Shown here in pieces: positions 8,690 through 17,719 of a DNA stretch of 36,410 nucleotides (positions are counted from its first letter, which is position 1; the number at the start of each line of letters is the position of its first letter). Location of the stretch: contig JAFQYI010000108.1 of the NCBI GenBank assembly GCA_017406505.1, positions 1 to 36,410 on the forward strand. Reading direction: 5' to 3'. Both the position numbers and the translations under genes were made by a program. Source of the stretch: a bacterium. GTDB lineage: Bacteria; Cyanobacteriota; Vampirovibrionia; Gastranaerophilales; Gastranaerophilaceae. The notes under the pieces were generated by a model. That model saw only the letters and a program-made list of their open reading frames with translations. It did not search any database and was not told where the DNA came from.

Positions 8690-10202
8690 TTTGTTTTTTA
8701 CTCATTCCTTCTTTTAAAATTTCGTTTATTAATCTTCTATCATCTTCTTCAAAGCCATATATATCAAATAACAAGTCATTCAGTTGATTATAGATTTCAA
8801 AAAATTCTTTTGAATATTTATCTTTTATCAACAATAACTTATCTACAAGATTAGTTACCATCTGTTCTTGCTTTTTACTTGGAATAGCAATTGGTAATTT
8901 CCCGATATATGTTTTGTCAGTATGCATTGTAAAATTTGAGTGTAAAAATGTTAAATAAATAATAAAGATATTTGCGACTTTAGAATTTAATATTCCCAAA
9001 ATATATTTATTGTTGTATTCAATAGGAATTACATTCGTAACTGTATCAATATTTAATTCACTTTCATCTGATATAGTTGCAAAGATACCGCCTTCTTTTG
9101 AACACAAATTTTGTAATATTATTTTATTTTGCTTAAGACGATTAAATTTTTCATCATCAGCTATATCATTCGATATATAAAAATCTTTTTTTATTCCAAA
9201 ACGTTCTATAGAAGCACCTCTATAAACTTTTGTCATATTTAAATTAACTTTTTCATCATATAGGTGTTTTTTTAGATCTAATGAAACACCTCTAAAAATA
9301 TTACCATTACAAATTTCATCTAACGTATTACTGTGTTTTTTAAATTGTTCATATATCCTAAATAAGCCGCTGTCATAAAAAAGAGGATAAATATCGAATT
9401 CTTTGTATTTACTTTGAAATATTTGGTATTTCTTTAATTTATCAAAAGAGTAGGTTTTATCTAAAAATTCAACTTGAATTCTATGGTCAACTGCTGGAAT
9501 TTTTTTCTGTATTATCATTATCATCTGATCACCTCGGACGTCTTTAAAGAAATGTCCAATATCAGTTATGCTGATAATGCTAGTATTTTCCAGTAAAAAT
9601 TTTCTCAAATTAATAAAAGTATCAACTCTAAGAATATTTTTGGGTAATACGAATGCTAAATAACCATCTTCCTTCAGTAATTCAATTGATTTTGCAATCA
9701 TTAAAGTTGCAGAATTTACAACTCCGTTTGCTACAGTTTTATATATTGTATTTTTAGAATCATAATCTATATCTTTCTTTAAGTTTTGAAATGGTGGATT
9801 GCCTATTACAAAATCAAAACCACCTTCTTTATATATTTCAGGAAAATCTATTCTTAAATCAAAGTCTTTCAACGTATTCTTTACAATGACATTTTTATAC
9901 CCATAGCCTAAATTTTGCCTACAAAGGTTTGCCGCTTCTTCTTCAATATCTATCCCATATATTCTGTTTGTAAAAAATTGAGCTTGAGATAAAAAAGCAC
10001 CAGCCCCACTTGAAGGATCCAATACGCTTGAAGTTTGGTTTATGTGTAGCTTATCTAGAATATATTTAACCAAACTTTTATGAGTAAAAAACTGAGCGTG
10101 CTCTTTTCTATCGGCATGCTTTTTATTCTGTTCAAATAACGTACTAAAAGCATCCTTTTGAAAAATATTATTTTCTATCTTTTTTTCTAGTAAATTTTGC
10201 AT
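8682..10202 (-). CDS. N6-adenine DNA methyltransferase, gamma-class (Eco57I/TaqI-like) with a C-terminal target-recognition region
   Basis: FFTHKSLVKYIL, VLDPSSGAGAFL (motif I) and VIGNPPFQNL (NPPF motif IV), followed by about 300 aa of TRD-like sequence. Overlaps the downstream methyltransferase by 8 nt. Confidence 0.85.
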   Translation of the reverse strand: MQNLLEKKIENNIFQKDAFSTLFEQNKKHADRKEHAQFFTHKSLVKYILDKLHINQTSSVLDPSSGAGAFLSQAQFFTNRIYGIDIEEEAANLCRQNLGYGYKNVIVKNTLKDFDLRIDFPEIYKEGGFDFVIGNPPFQNLKKDIDYDSKNTIYKTVANGVVNSATLMIAKSIELLKEDGYLAFVLPKNILRVDTFINLRKFLLENTSIISITDIGHFFKDVRGDQMIMIIQKKIPAVDHRIQVEFLDKTYSFDKLKKYQIFQSKYKEFDIYPLFYDSGLFRIYEQFKKHSNTLDEICNGNIFRGVSLDLKKHLYDEKVNLNMTKVYRGASIERFGIKKDFYISNDIADDEKFNRLKQNKIILQNLCSKEGGIFATISDESELNIDTVTNVIPIEYNNKYILGILNSKVANIFIIYLTFLHSNFTMHTDKTYIGKLPIAIPSKKQEQMVTNLVDKLLLIKDKYSKEFFEIYNQLNDLLFDIYGFEEDDRRLINEILKEGMSKKQNG

Positions 10203-10413
10203 AATTCCTTCTTCATTATAACTTAAACAAGAGTATGCTATCCACTATGTTACAAATAAATATATCTAATAGTAATTTGTTCTATTAAACATATTCACAC
10301 ATACATTTATCAATTATCTTTATTAAAAGTTCAACTGAATGTGTTGCTATGTAAAGATTTGAGTGCTTTCTATATACTTTCGCGCTAATGTTGTGTGTCA
10401 AAGGAGGTCATAT

Positions 10414-10629
10414 ATGGAAAAAGTCGGATTGAATATTACTCCAAAGGAGTTCAAGCAATTGAGCAAGTGGTCGGAGAATATTTATAATACAGCAGTTGTT
10501 ATTGATTATTTTGTTGCTAATCAACCGGAGATTGAAGAGTGCTACAATCTTGCGCCGGTAGTTAAACATTTACGAAAAGATGCAGATGTGTTGAATGCAT
10601 TCTTTATAGATCACGAAAAAGACATTTAA
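10414..10629 (+). CDS. hypothetical 71-aa protein
   Basis: The start was moved to the ATG at 10414, which has AAGGAGG 5 nt upstream; the track start at 10363 has no SD. No recognisable motif. Confidence 0.5.
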   Translation: MEKVGLNITPKEFKQLSKWSENIYNTAVVIDYFVANQPEIEECYNLAPVVKHLRKDADVLNAFFIDHEKDI

Positions 10630-10711
10630 ATGTATGCTTATTACATTAAGGTGCTAGAGATATTTTTGAGGTATAATTCTCTTAATAAGTAGATAAACTG
10701 GAATATAAGGA

Positions 10712-11641
10712 ATGGATATCCCAAATATTGACAAACATGAATCTAGTTTTAATGCGAGATTCAAAAAACATAAATTTGAGTATACTAGTGAAAATAATCG
10801 TCAAAAAGGCTATTTCTTTTATTTGCCTTTTAGGGATGGAGAAGTTACTACTAACGAATTTTTAAAATATTTGATGGCCGAAACAATTCATTATGCTATT
10901 TCATATGATAAGCGAAAAAAATTTTGCAACAATTTAACCCCAGAAAATATGTCTGAATATATGTCTTTAAGAAAAGAAATAAAATCTCTTTTTACTCATA
11001 CAAATAGATCCGGTGATTTTGGAGAATTGATTATATACTTAATTTTAAGAGATTTTTTCAATGCCCCCCAAATTGTAAATAAGCTAAAATTAAAAACAGC
11101 TAGCAATGTGCCATATCATGGCGCAGATGGTTTGCATATAAAATTTGAAGATGACAATTTATTGCTATTCTTTTCAGAGTCAAAACTTGAATCTGTAGAG
11201 AAAACTGATAACCAAATAAAAAAAGCTTGTGATTCAACAAAATCAATAATATTAAATGAACAAGTCCCAAATCAAACAATTGGCAAAAGAGATTTCGAGA
11301 TTAACTTGATAAACAATCATTTTGAATTGCCAAATATAACAGAATTACAAAAGGAGAAAATTTTAAATTATTTAAATCCTCTAAAACAAGAATCTAATGA
11401 CTGTAAATACATTTCTGCTTGTCTTATAGGTTTTAATTTTAAGTTTTATAACGAGATAAAAGGAAAGAATAATATTGAAGAAATCTTTCTCGATAACTAT
11501 AAACAAATTATTGATAATTCTATAGAATCCATTAAAGCAAATGTTTCGAATAGTGGAATACAAGACAAAAATTTAATTTTTATTCTTCTCCCATTTGAAT
11601 CAATTATTGATTTTAGAAAACAATTTTTGGAGTTATTATGA
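10712..11641 (+). CDS. hamA: HamA-like (DUF1837-type) Hachiman effector with a PD-(D/E)XK-like motif
   Basis: A 309-aa protein whose stop overlaps the start of an SF2 helicase gene (ATGA). Shows GDFGELIIYL, HGADGLHI and LLFFSESKL (D...ExK-like). The call rests mainly on gene-pair architecture. Confidence 0.65.
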   Translation: MDIPNIDKHESSFNARFKKHKFEYTSENNRQKGYFFYLPFRDGEVTTNEFLKYLMAETIHYAISYDKRKKFCNNLTPENMSEYMSLRKEIKSLFTHTNRSGDFGELIIYLILRDFFNAPQIVNKLKLKTASNVPYHGADGLHIKFEDDNLLLFFSESKLESVEKTDNQIKKACDSTKSIILNEQVPNQTIGKRDFEINLINNHFELPNITELQKEKILNYLNPLKQESNDCKYISACLIGFNFKFYNEIKGKNNIEEIFLDNYKQIIDNSIESIKANVSNSGIQDKNLIFILLPFESIIDFRKQFLELL

Positions 11642-14178
11642 CCCAATTAATAAAAGATTTAATTGAAAATATCAAAAATACACCGAATTTTAAAGAGTAT
11701 ATAGATAATTTTATTTTGGTCTCTTTTCAATATTTATTTGGTATTAAGTCTCAAGAACCATCAAATCTTTCTCTTAAACAATTATTAGAAATAGCAAATA
11801 TATTTTCATTGTCATTAGATAGTAATGATAAAAACTTGGCATATCTGGTTGCTACATATTGTTGGTTAATGTACAAAGACAAATATCCAGATATATATTC
11901 AGCTATAATGCTTGTGTTTGCGAGAATTGGTAATTTCCCTGCTCAAAAGTTAATAAAAACAGATGTTGGTCACCCTGAAAATAATATTTTTTCTGAACTG
12001 GAATCAAAAAGCCGAGAATTTTACAATAAAATACCATTTATTAAAAATCTTATATTAACGGATTTTCAATTACAATTGTGGGAATATTTGGAAAATAATA
12101 AATCAATAAGCTTTTCTGCGCCGACATCTTCAGGAAAGTCTTATATATTAAAAAAATATTCAATAAAAAAGTTAAAAGAAATTAATCAAGGAATCATACT
12201 TTATTTATTACCGTCAAGAGCACTAATAAATGAAACAAGTAGTGATTTATTGAATTTTTTAAAAGAAGAAAATATGCAAGAAGATGTCCTTATTACATCT
12301 ATCCCTACAGACAAAAGTAACAATAACAAAATTATATACGTACTAACACAAGAACGAGCAACAATTTTAATTGAACAGAAGCCTGATATAAAATTTGATT
12401 TGGTAATAATCGATGAAGCTCAATCTATTGAGAATCAGGAAAGGGGAATTATTTTACAAAATATCATAAATAGCATACTTGAACAGAACAAAGAGACTCC
12501 ATTGATTTTCAGTTCTCCTTTTGTCGAAAACCTAGAAATATTTAAAGAGATATTTGCAAAAAATATTGATGTAATACCAAATGAAAATTCAAATGTAATT
12601 CAGAATTTAATATTAGTAAATGTTTTAGAAGATGGTCTACATTTATCATCTATACAAAATCAATCTAAAGAAATTGGAATTATTCCATTAGATATAAGTT
12701 GTTATGATATTTCTGCTAAAAAAAATAGGCTTGCATATATTGCTAAATTATTAACAAAAGATGATGAAAAAAGTATTATATATGCAAATGGACCGGCTGA
12801 AGCTGAAGATATTGCTCAAATACTTTATGATCAGCTTAAGCCAATACAAATGGATAAAAATTTAAAAGAATTATCTACATATATAAAGAAGCATTTACAT
12901 AATAAATTTTCCCTAGGATTATTGTTACAACGAGGTGTAGCTTTCCACTATGGTAATCTTCCACAAAGCATAAGAAAGTCGATTGAAGAAGAATTCAAAA
13001 AAACAACAGGGAAAATTAAATATCTGATTTGTACTTCTACGTTGCTAGAAGGTGTAAATTTACCAGCTAAAAATATTTTTATAGAAAATCCATACAAAGG
13101 TAAAGAAAAAGATGATATTCCATTATCTCAACACGAATTTTGGAATCTAGCTGGAAGGGCTGGAAGATTAACAAAGGATTTCTATGGAAATGTATTTTTA
13201 GTAAATTATTCTAATTGGAATAACAAAGTACAAAGTAACAAAAATAAATCAATAAGTTCTGCTTTATTTAATACAATAAATACAAAGTCTAATGAATTAA
13301 TTAACTATATTGAAACTTCACAAATCGAAGGAAGTAATGCAAATATAATAAAAAGCAGTGTCAATATTTTATATACCAAATACAAAGAAGATACTATAAA
13401 TCAAATATTGGACAATCCTTCTATAACAGTTTCACCACAAATAAAAGAAAAAATTAACACATCTTTAATAAAATTTTCAGATAAAATTTCATTACCTATA
13501 GAAATAATAAAAATGAATCCATATATTTCGGCAATAAATCAACAAAAATTATATGATTATTTTCGAGAAAAACTTATTAACAATAAATTAGATTCTTGTT
13601 TACCTAAACATCCAATGAGTGGAGACAGTTTAAATTTAAAAAAAATATTTTACAGAATAAACAATAACCTTTTACCAGAAAAACAAGCTGAAAGTATGAA
13701 AAAAAGGATAAGAGAAGTTGTACCAAAAGCTATTATTTGGATGAAAGGATTACCTATAAATTTAATGATTAAGGATTATATTGATTTTCGAGAAAAAGAA
13801 AGTAAAAGGGCTGTAGATATAAATTCATGTGTGAGACACATTTTAGAAATGGTAGAACAGGATATTCGTTTTAAATTTTCTATTACAAGTAAATGTTATA
13901 ATGATATACTATCATACTGTTATCAACAACAAAATATTGAACAAAAAATAGAACCTATACATCTATATTTGGAAATGGGAGCATGTAATCAAACAATGAT
14001 AAGCCTAATGGGTATAGGACTATCAAGACCTACTGCGGCAGCCGTAGAAGATAAAATTTCAAACAAGCAAATGGATGAAAATGAAGTATATGATTGGCTA
14101 AAAACAAATAAAGATAATTTACAAACTTTTAAGATAACAGGCTTAACATTAGATGAGATTAAAAATTATTTTAATTAA
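11638..14178 (+). CDS. hamB: HamB-like SF2 (DExQ, Ski2-like) helicase
   Basis: Helicase motifs SAPTSSGKSY (I), IIDEAQ (II), FSSPF (III), LICTSTLLEGVNLPA (V) and WNLAGRAGR (VI). It is 846 aa with a long C-terminal region. Confidence 0.8.
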   Translation: MTQLIKDLIENIKNTPNFKEYIDNFILVSFQYLFGIKSQEPSNLSLKQLLEIANIFSLSLDSNDKNLAYLVATYCWLMYKDKYPDIYSAIMLVFARIGNFPAQKLIKTDVGHPENNIFSELESKSREFYNKIPFIKNLILTDFQLQLWEYLENNKSISFSAPTSSGKSYILKKYSIKKLKEINQGIILYLLPSRALINETSSDLLNFLKEENMQEDVLITSIPTDKSNNNKIIYVLTQERATILIEQKPDIKFDLVIIDEAQSIENQERGIILQNIINSILEQNKETPLIFSSPFVENLEIFKEIFAKNIDVIPNENSNVIQNLILVNVLEDGLHLSSIQNQSKEIGIIPLDISCYDISAKKNRLAYIAKLLTKDDEKSIIYANGPAEAEDIAQILYDQLKPIQMDKNLKELSTYIKKHLHNKFSLGLLLQRGVAFHYGNLPQSIRKSIEEEFKKTTGKIKYLICTSTLLEGVNLPAKNIFIENPYKGKEKDDIPLSQHEFWNLAGRAGRLTKDFYGNVFLVNYSNWNNKVQSNKNKSISSALFNTINTKSNELINYIETSQIEGSNANIIKSSVNILYTKYKEDTINQILDNPSITVSPQIKEKINTSLIKFSDKISLPIEIIKMNPYISAINQQKLYDYFREKLINNKLDSCLPKHPMSGDSLNLKKIFYRINNNLLPEKQAESMKKRIREVVPKAIIWMKGLPINLMIKDYIDFREKESKRAVDINSCVRHILEMVEQDIRFKFSITSKCYNDILSYCYQQQNIEQKIEPIHLYLEMGACNQTMISLMGIGLSRPTAAAVEDKISNKQMDENEVYDWLKTNKDNLQTFKITGLTLDEIKNYFN

Positions 14179-14228
14179 ATTTAAATGCCGTTTAAAAGGT
14201 GTTTAATCGGTGTTCAAATTGTGTTCAC
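14177..14228 (+). repeat. left inverted-repeat/array of transposon 1: five 11-bp-phased (N)GTTTAA-type motifs
   Basis: AAATTTAA 14177, CCGTTTAA 14188, GTGTTTAA 14199, GTGTTCAA 14210, GTGTTCAC 14221. The reverse complement of 14177-14206 matches 21867-21896 at 24/30 positions, including a perfect 15-mer (14189-14203 versus 21870-21884). Confidence 0.6.
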
Positions 14229-14658
14229 AAATTTCCTCGTGAGTTATGCCGAGAATTCGTTCTTCAATTTCTCTTATAACATCCGGAGTTAATCCTTTTG
14301 GCTTTTCCTCTTGGAGCCTTTGTTTTTCACTTATCACTTCATCCTCATAAGATTTAATCGGTCCAATCAGTTTCAGCATTTTAGTAACAGCGTAATATCT
14401 TGCAGGCTCTACTTTACCGTTATTCTCCATATCTTTTTCGATAGAATTTATCAAACTGCGGGTAAAACCATATAAATCCGAATGCAAGGTCGTTTTAGTC
14501 CGAAGATATTCAGCTCTTTTGGTTTCCCAATCATCAGACTTTTTCCATCGGCGGAGCGTTCTTTCGTTTAAATGAAGCTTCCTCGCGATATCTTCTAATG
14601 ACATAAATTTTTCAGCATAAAGTTTAAAGGCATCTTGTGCCAATGTTTGTTTTTTCAT
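14203..14658 (-). CDS. DUF1804/Mu gp27-like small-terminase-type HTH protein
   Basis: I chose the ATG at 14658 (GAGG upstream); the 86-aa N-terminal extension in the track looks non-coding. SLEDIARKLHLNERTLRRWKKSDDWETKRAEYL matches the RWKK..DDW..KRA signature of Mu-type gp27-like proteins. Confidence 0.5.
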   Translation of the reverse strand: MKKQTLAQDAFKLYAEKFMSLEDIARKLHLNERTLRRWKKSDDWETKRAEYLRTKTTLHSDLYGFTRSLINSIEKDMENNGKVEPARYYAVTKMLKLIGPIKSYEDEVISEKQRLQEEKPKGLTPDVIREIEERILGITHEEICEHNLNTD

Positions 14659-14818
14659 AATTAACCTCGGGGTAAATAAAGTTTTGGTACACACAGAATA
14701 ACTCTGTTTCGCAGAAACATCAAGTCCCAAATGTGTCTGTATGATACGATTTCGAGATTTAGAGTTGATGTTTGCTCCTGAAAGAGCAATGAATGGTGTA
14801 GCTTGAAAGGAGCATACT

Positions 14819-15031
14819 TTGATTGAAATCGGTAAAAAGTACAGATTAAAAAAGCTAAAAGGTTGGTTTGAAAAAGATAGCGAAGAATTTACTGTTGTTT
14901 GTTTTGGCGAACACAATATTGTCGGCTGTGTCGCACCGGATGGTGAAAGATATGTATTTGATAAAGATTTTTTAATTGATCCTGATAAGCCGAATGAAAT
15001 ATACGCTGATATTACAATAACGAAAGGTTAA
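14819..15031 (+). CDS. hypothetical 70-aa protein
   Basis: TTG start with AAAGGAG 6 nt upstream. First of three tightly packed small ORFs. Confidence 0.45.
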   Translation: MIEIGKKYRLKKLKGWFEKDSEEFTVVCFGEHNIVGCVAPDGERYVFDKDFLIDPDKPNEIYADITITKG

Positions 15032-15034
15032 ACT

Positions 15035-15235
15035 ATGGTTGAAAAAGATTACAAGCTATATGGGACAAAGATTTTGAATCTTAAAACTCAAGAAATCGGA
15101 TTACTGATTTGTTTATGGGAAAACAAGTTTGCTGATAAGACAATAGATTTTGCTACGTGTGTTGATAAAACCGGCAAACGCTACAATATTGAGCTTGATA
15201 ATATAAGAGGGTTTGAAAATGATTTTGAAAAATAA
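15035..15235 (+). CDS. hypothetical 66-aa protein
   Basis: Starts 3 nt after the previous stop. No recognisable motif. Confidence 0.4.
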   Translation: MVEKDYKLYGTKILNLKTQEIGLLICLWENKFADKTIDFATCVDKTGKRYNIELDNIRGFENDFEK

Positions 15236-15452
15236 ATTGACAAAAGAAAAATTAGACATTCCGTATTCTAAGTTTAGAAAAAAGTTTGCAAAGGAAATTC
15301 AGGACGCATTTGAAAATTACCGCAAAACACAATTAAATAAATACTCTTGGAACTTCAAAGATGACAATTCTTTGGAGTTTAATTTTTATTTTGAACTCCA
15401 TTGGAATTTTAATCACTTTGGGATTTCTAATTGGTACATTAAAAGAATATGA
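15213..15452 (+). CDS. 79-aa protein whose C-terminal 47 aa recur at the C-terminus of 24232..24951
   Basis: ...FENYRKTQLNKYSWNFKDDNSLEFNFYFELHWNFNHFGISNWYIKRI versus ...FESYRKTQLNKYSWNFKDDNSLEFNFYFELHWNFNHFGNSNWYIERM. Most nucleotide differences between the copies are synonymous. Confidence 0.55.
   Translation: MKMILKNKLTKEKLDIPYSKFRKKFAKEIQDAFENYRKTQLNKYSWNFKDDNSLEFNFYFELHWNFNHFGISNWYIKRI
15307..15449 (+). repeat. 143-bp segment repeated at 24806-24948 (about 91% identity)
   Basis: Direct alignment by eye shows 13 mismatches and no indels. Confidence 0.9.
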
Positions 15453-15458
15453 TTATTC

Positions 15459-16070
15459 TTATATTTCTATTGTATCAGATGGAATATCTTTAGAATTAAT
15501 ATTTGAATCTTGAACAGTTATATATTTTAAATTATCACAACCAATAATTAGTTTTCGTTTTTCTTCAATATTGGCTGTTGCCTTTTGAGATAATTGCTTT
15601 ATTTCTGTTTTTGCATTTAATGCTGGAACTATTTCCATTCCTTTTAAAAGTAAGCCTCCTAATTTTTCCAAAGCAATTCTTACAAAATTATCAAATTCGT
15701 TTTCATTTACACCTTCTTTGAGGATAAACTTACTTTCAGTTATTGCTTCTTTGATTAATTTTTCTTTGTATTTTTCAAGTTCAGCTTTTTGATTTTTGTT
15801 TATAATATCTATTGTAGTATTTATAGCCTTTATATTTGCAGCGGTTTGTTCTGCTTTGTTTTTTTGAATATCTGAAATAAGTTTTCTGCTCTCTAATATT
15901 TTATTAAATAAATCCGCACTTTTGCTAGCCAAAGATAAGAAAAAACCTGCACTTATAGAATCTGGGAATTCTATACCAATCCATTTAGAGCCAACATCAA
16001 AATTTACAATCGTTATTTCCTGTTGTACGTAGCTAAAAGGGTAACAAATACTTTCTAATTCTGTAAAAAA
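15459..16070 (-). CDS. -1 frame continuation (coiled-coil-rich) of the upstream ORF; the track shows only its TTG-initiated part 15459..15932
   Basis: The frame is open from 16082 down to 15459. The 50 codons upstream of the track start contain no stop and no ATG or GTG (..FFTELESICYPFSYVQQEITIVNFDVGSKWIGIEFPDSISAGFFLSLASKSADLF..). This frame is reached from the upstream ORF by a -1 shift at the T_TTT_TTA heptamer. Confidence 0.45.
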   Translation of the reverse strand, partial: FFTELESICYPFSYVQQEITIVNFDVGSKWIGIEFPDSISAGFFLSLASKSADLFNKILESRKLISDIQKNKAEQTAANIKAINTTIDIINKNQKAELEKYKEKLIKEAITESKFILKEGVNENEFDNFVRIALEKLGGLLLKGMEIVPALNAKTEIKQLSQKATANIEEKRKLIIGCDNLKYITVQDSNINSKDIPSDTIEI

Positions 16071-16495
16071 GTTACATAATCCTTAATAGAAGAATATTCT
16101 TCAGGTAATTTTATATTTAAATTGTTAGGATTTTCTTCATTTAAAACATTTTTTAATAATAATTGCAGATTGCTTAACGCTTTTGATAGAGAATTTTTAT
16201 ATGAATCAAAATTATTTTTTGTATTTTGATTAACAATTATTTCCGATTCTATATTATTTTTAAAATTAGGAATTGCCAATATTTTATTGATTAAATCAAC
16301 TTCGATTTCTGCATTTTTGAGTTCTTCTAATATTTTTTGAAAAGGCTGTATTTTTTTTATCGCATATAAAGAATTATTCCCTGCATTAGTATTTAAAACT
16401 ATTTCTACAGCGTTAATTATTGGAATGGCTTTATTTATTAAGTCTTGATAATCTCTTAGTCTCATACCTGCCTCCTTGCATACATATATTAACAT
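16055..16495 (-). CDS. 146-aa helical protein, upstream frame of a two-frame gene
   Basis: ORF ending ...SIKDYVTFLQN*. The last codons contain T_TTT_TTA (complement of 16064-16070). Confidence 0.6.
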   Translation of the reverse strand: MLIYVCKEAGMRLRDYQDLINKAIPIINAVEIVLNTNAGNNSLYAIKKIQPFQKILEELKNAEIEVDLINKILAIPNFKNNIESEIIVNQNTKNNFDSYKNSLSKALSNLQLLLKNVLNEENPNNLNIKLPEEYSSIKDYVTFLQN

Positions 16496-16544
16496 AAATA
16501 ATTAATATTTGTTTTGTAAATAAACTAAAACATATTTTGAACGG

Positions 16545-16901
16545 TTATAAAACAGGGTTTGAATTAATTTGTCTCTTTATCCATTCCATAATTACTGAAA
16601 CAAGATATTCTTGTTCTGATTTTGTTAGTTCTCTGTGTTGGGAGAATTTGTACCATTTTTCTATACACCCGCGGCAGCAGGTGGCGGTTGCGTGTTGGGC
16701 GATAAAAACAGGATGTCCGCGCATTGGCGTTTGTTTACCATCGTTTACGGGTTTAGAGGGAGCTACTCTATCCCTAATAAAATCTTCTGCGTGGCTCTTG
16801 ATTTTATCAAGACCTTTGTCTTTGATATATTCAAGCTCTTTTGCGCGAAGCTTAAATCTACTCCTAAATTTTGATTTTGCTAATTTATCCAAAATATCCA
16901 T
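16545..16901 (-). CDS. DUF4186-family protein, copy 1
   Basis: GKQTPMRGHPVFIAQHATATCCRGCIEKW signature. 118 aa, about 91% identical to copy 3. Confidence 0.8.
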   Translation of the reverse strand: MDILDKLAKSKFRSRFKLRAKELEYIKDKGLDKIKSHAEDFIRDRVAPSKPVNDGKQTPMRGHPVFIAQHATATCCRGCIEKWYKFSQHRELTKSEQEYLVSVIMEWIKRQINSNPVL

Positions 16902-16918
16902 AAATTTATGATAACATA

Positions 16919-17716
16919 ATGAAGATGAATAAAACTGAAATTAAAGAATTAGAAGAAAAAGAAAAAGTTAAAAAGTTTTTCAAAACCAAAGTTGGTCAGG
17001 AATGGTATGAAGGACTTGGTATTGTTGATTGTGCAAAATCAGAAGCTCCGGATTTTAAAATTAAGACTATAGATGGCGACACTATCGCATTAGAAATAAC
17101 TAAATTTATAGCAGAAAATAAAAATCTTAAATTTTCCCAAGCGTTAACCAGAATAGGTAATAAAATTTGCAGGGAAGCCGAAAAAGAATATAATCTTCGC
17201 ATACATATACTTATTGATAAATATGATGCCAGGAAATTTAGTATCCATTGGGGAGATCATTTGGATTATGCTTATAATCCAGGGTTTTCAGAATTGCCTG
17301 ATGCGAAAATACTTAAACAAAAAATGCATGATGTTCTCAAAAATAATATAGAAAAATTGAGACAAGGTTGGCTCGTGCAAGAGTGGATTCAAGTAGAAAA
17401 TGAATATTTTAAAATTTCAATTGAGTCTTTTGCTTGTCCTTGGACAGGGAAATATGATTGCCACGTCAATAATGCCGGTATGGTAAAGCAAAACCCCATT
17501 GATGAATTACAAACCTGTATTGATAAAAAGAATGATAAAATCCAATCCTATAGCAAGGATTGTACTAAATGTTATTTGTTAATAATTGTTCCCAATGCAT
17601 ACAATGCTAATTATTGTTCTTTTGATAATTCACTATTCGAGCATAAATTTAATTCCAAGTTTGAAAAGATATTTTTATGTGAAGAGAATGGTAAATACGC
17701 ATATACCTTAAATTAA
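16919..17716 (+). CDS. hypothetical 265-aa protein (possible nuclease-like SEAPDF...ALEITK segment)
   Basis: Clean ORF divergent from DUF4186 copy 1. The D...ExxK spacing is not canonical, so no functional call is made. Confidence 0.5.
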   Translation: MKMNKTEIKELEEKEKVKKFFKTKVGQEWYEGLGIVDCAKSEAPDFKIKTIDGDTIALEITKFIAENKNLKFSQALTRIGNKICREAEKEYNLRIHILIDKYDARKFSIHWGDHLDYAYNPGFSELPDAKILKQKMHDVLKNNIEKLRQGWLVQEWIQVENEYFKISIESFACPWTGKYDCHVNNAGMVKQNPIDELQTCIDKKNDKIQSYSKDCTKCYLLIIVPNAYNANYCSFDNSLFEHKFNSKFEKIFLCEENGKYAYTLN

Positions 17717-17719
17717 ACT

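Noticed and set aside
14659-14916. The 86-aa N-terminal extension of track ORF 14203..14916.
   Set aside because: The extension is Ser/Phe/Cys-rich, overlaps the divergent promoter and the SD-led TTG gene at 14819. An internal ATG at 14658 has a GAGG SD and begins the recognisable HTH domain.
16537-16911. Plus-strand ORFs antisense to the three DUF4186 genes (16537..16911, 16635..16874, 23415..23654, 29303..29608, 29545..29784). They appear conserved in three places.
   Set aside because: They are conserved only because the DUF4186 gene itself is triplicated. They lack SD sequences, and their products are Cys/Gly/Arg-rich antisense-type sequences.
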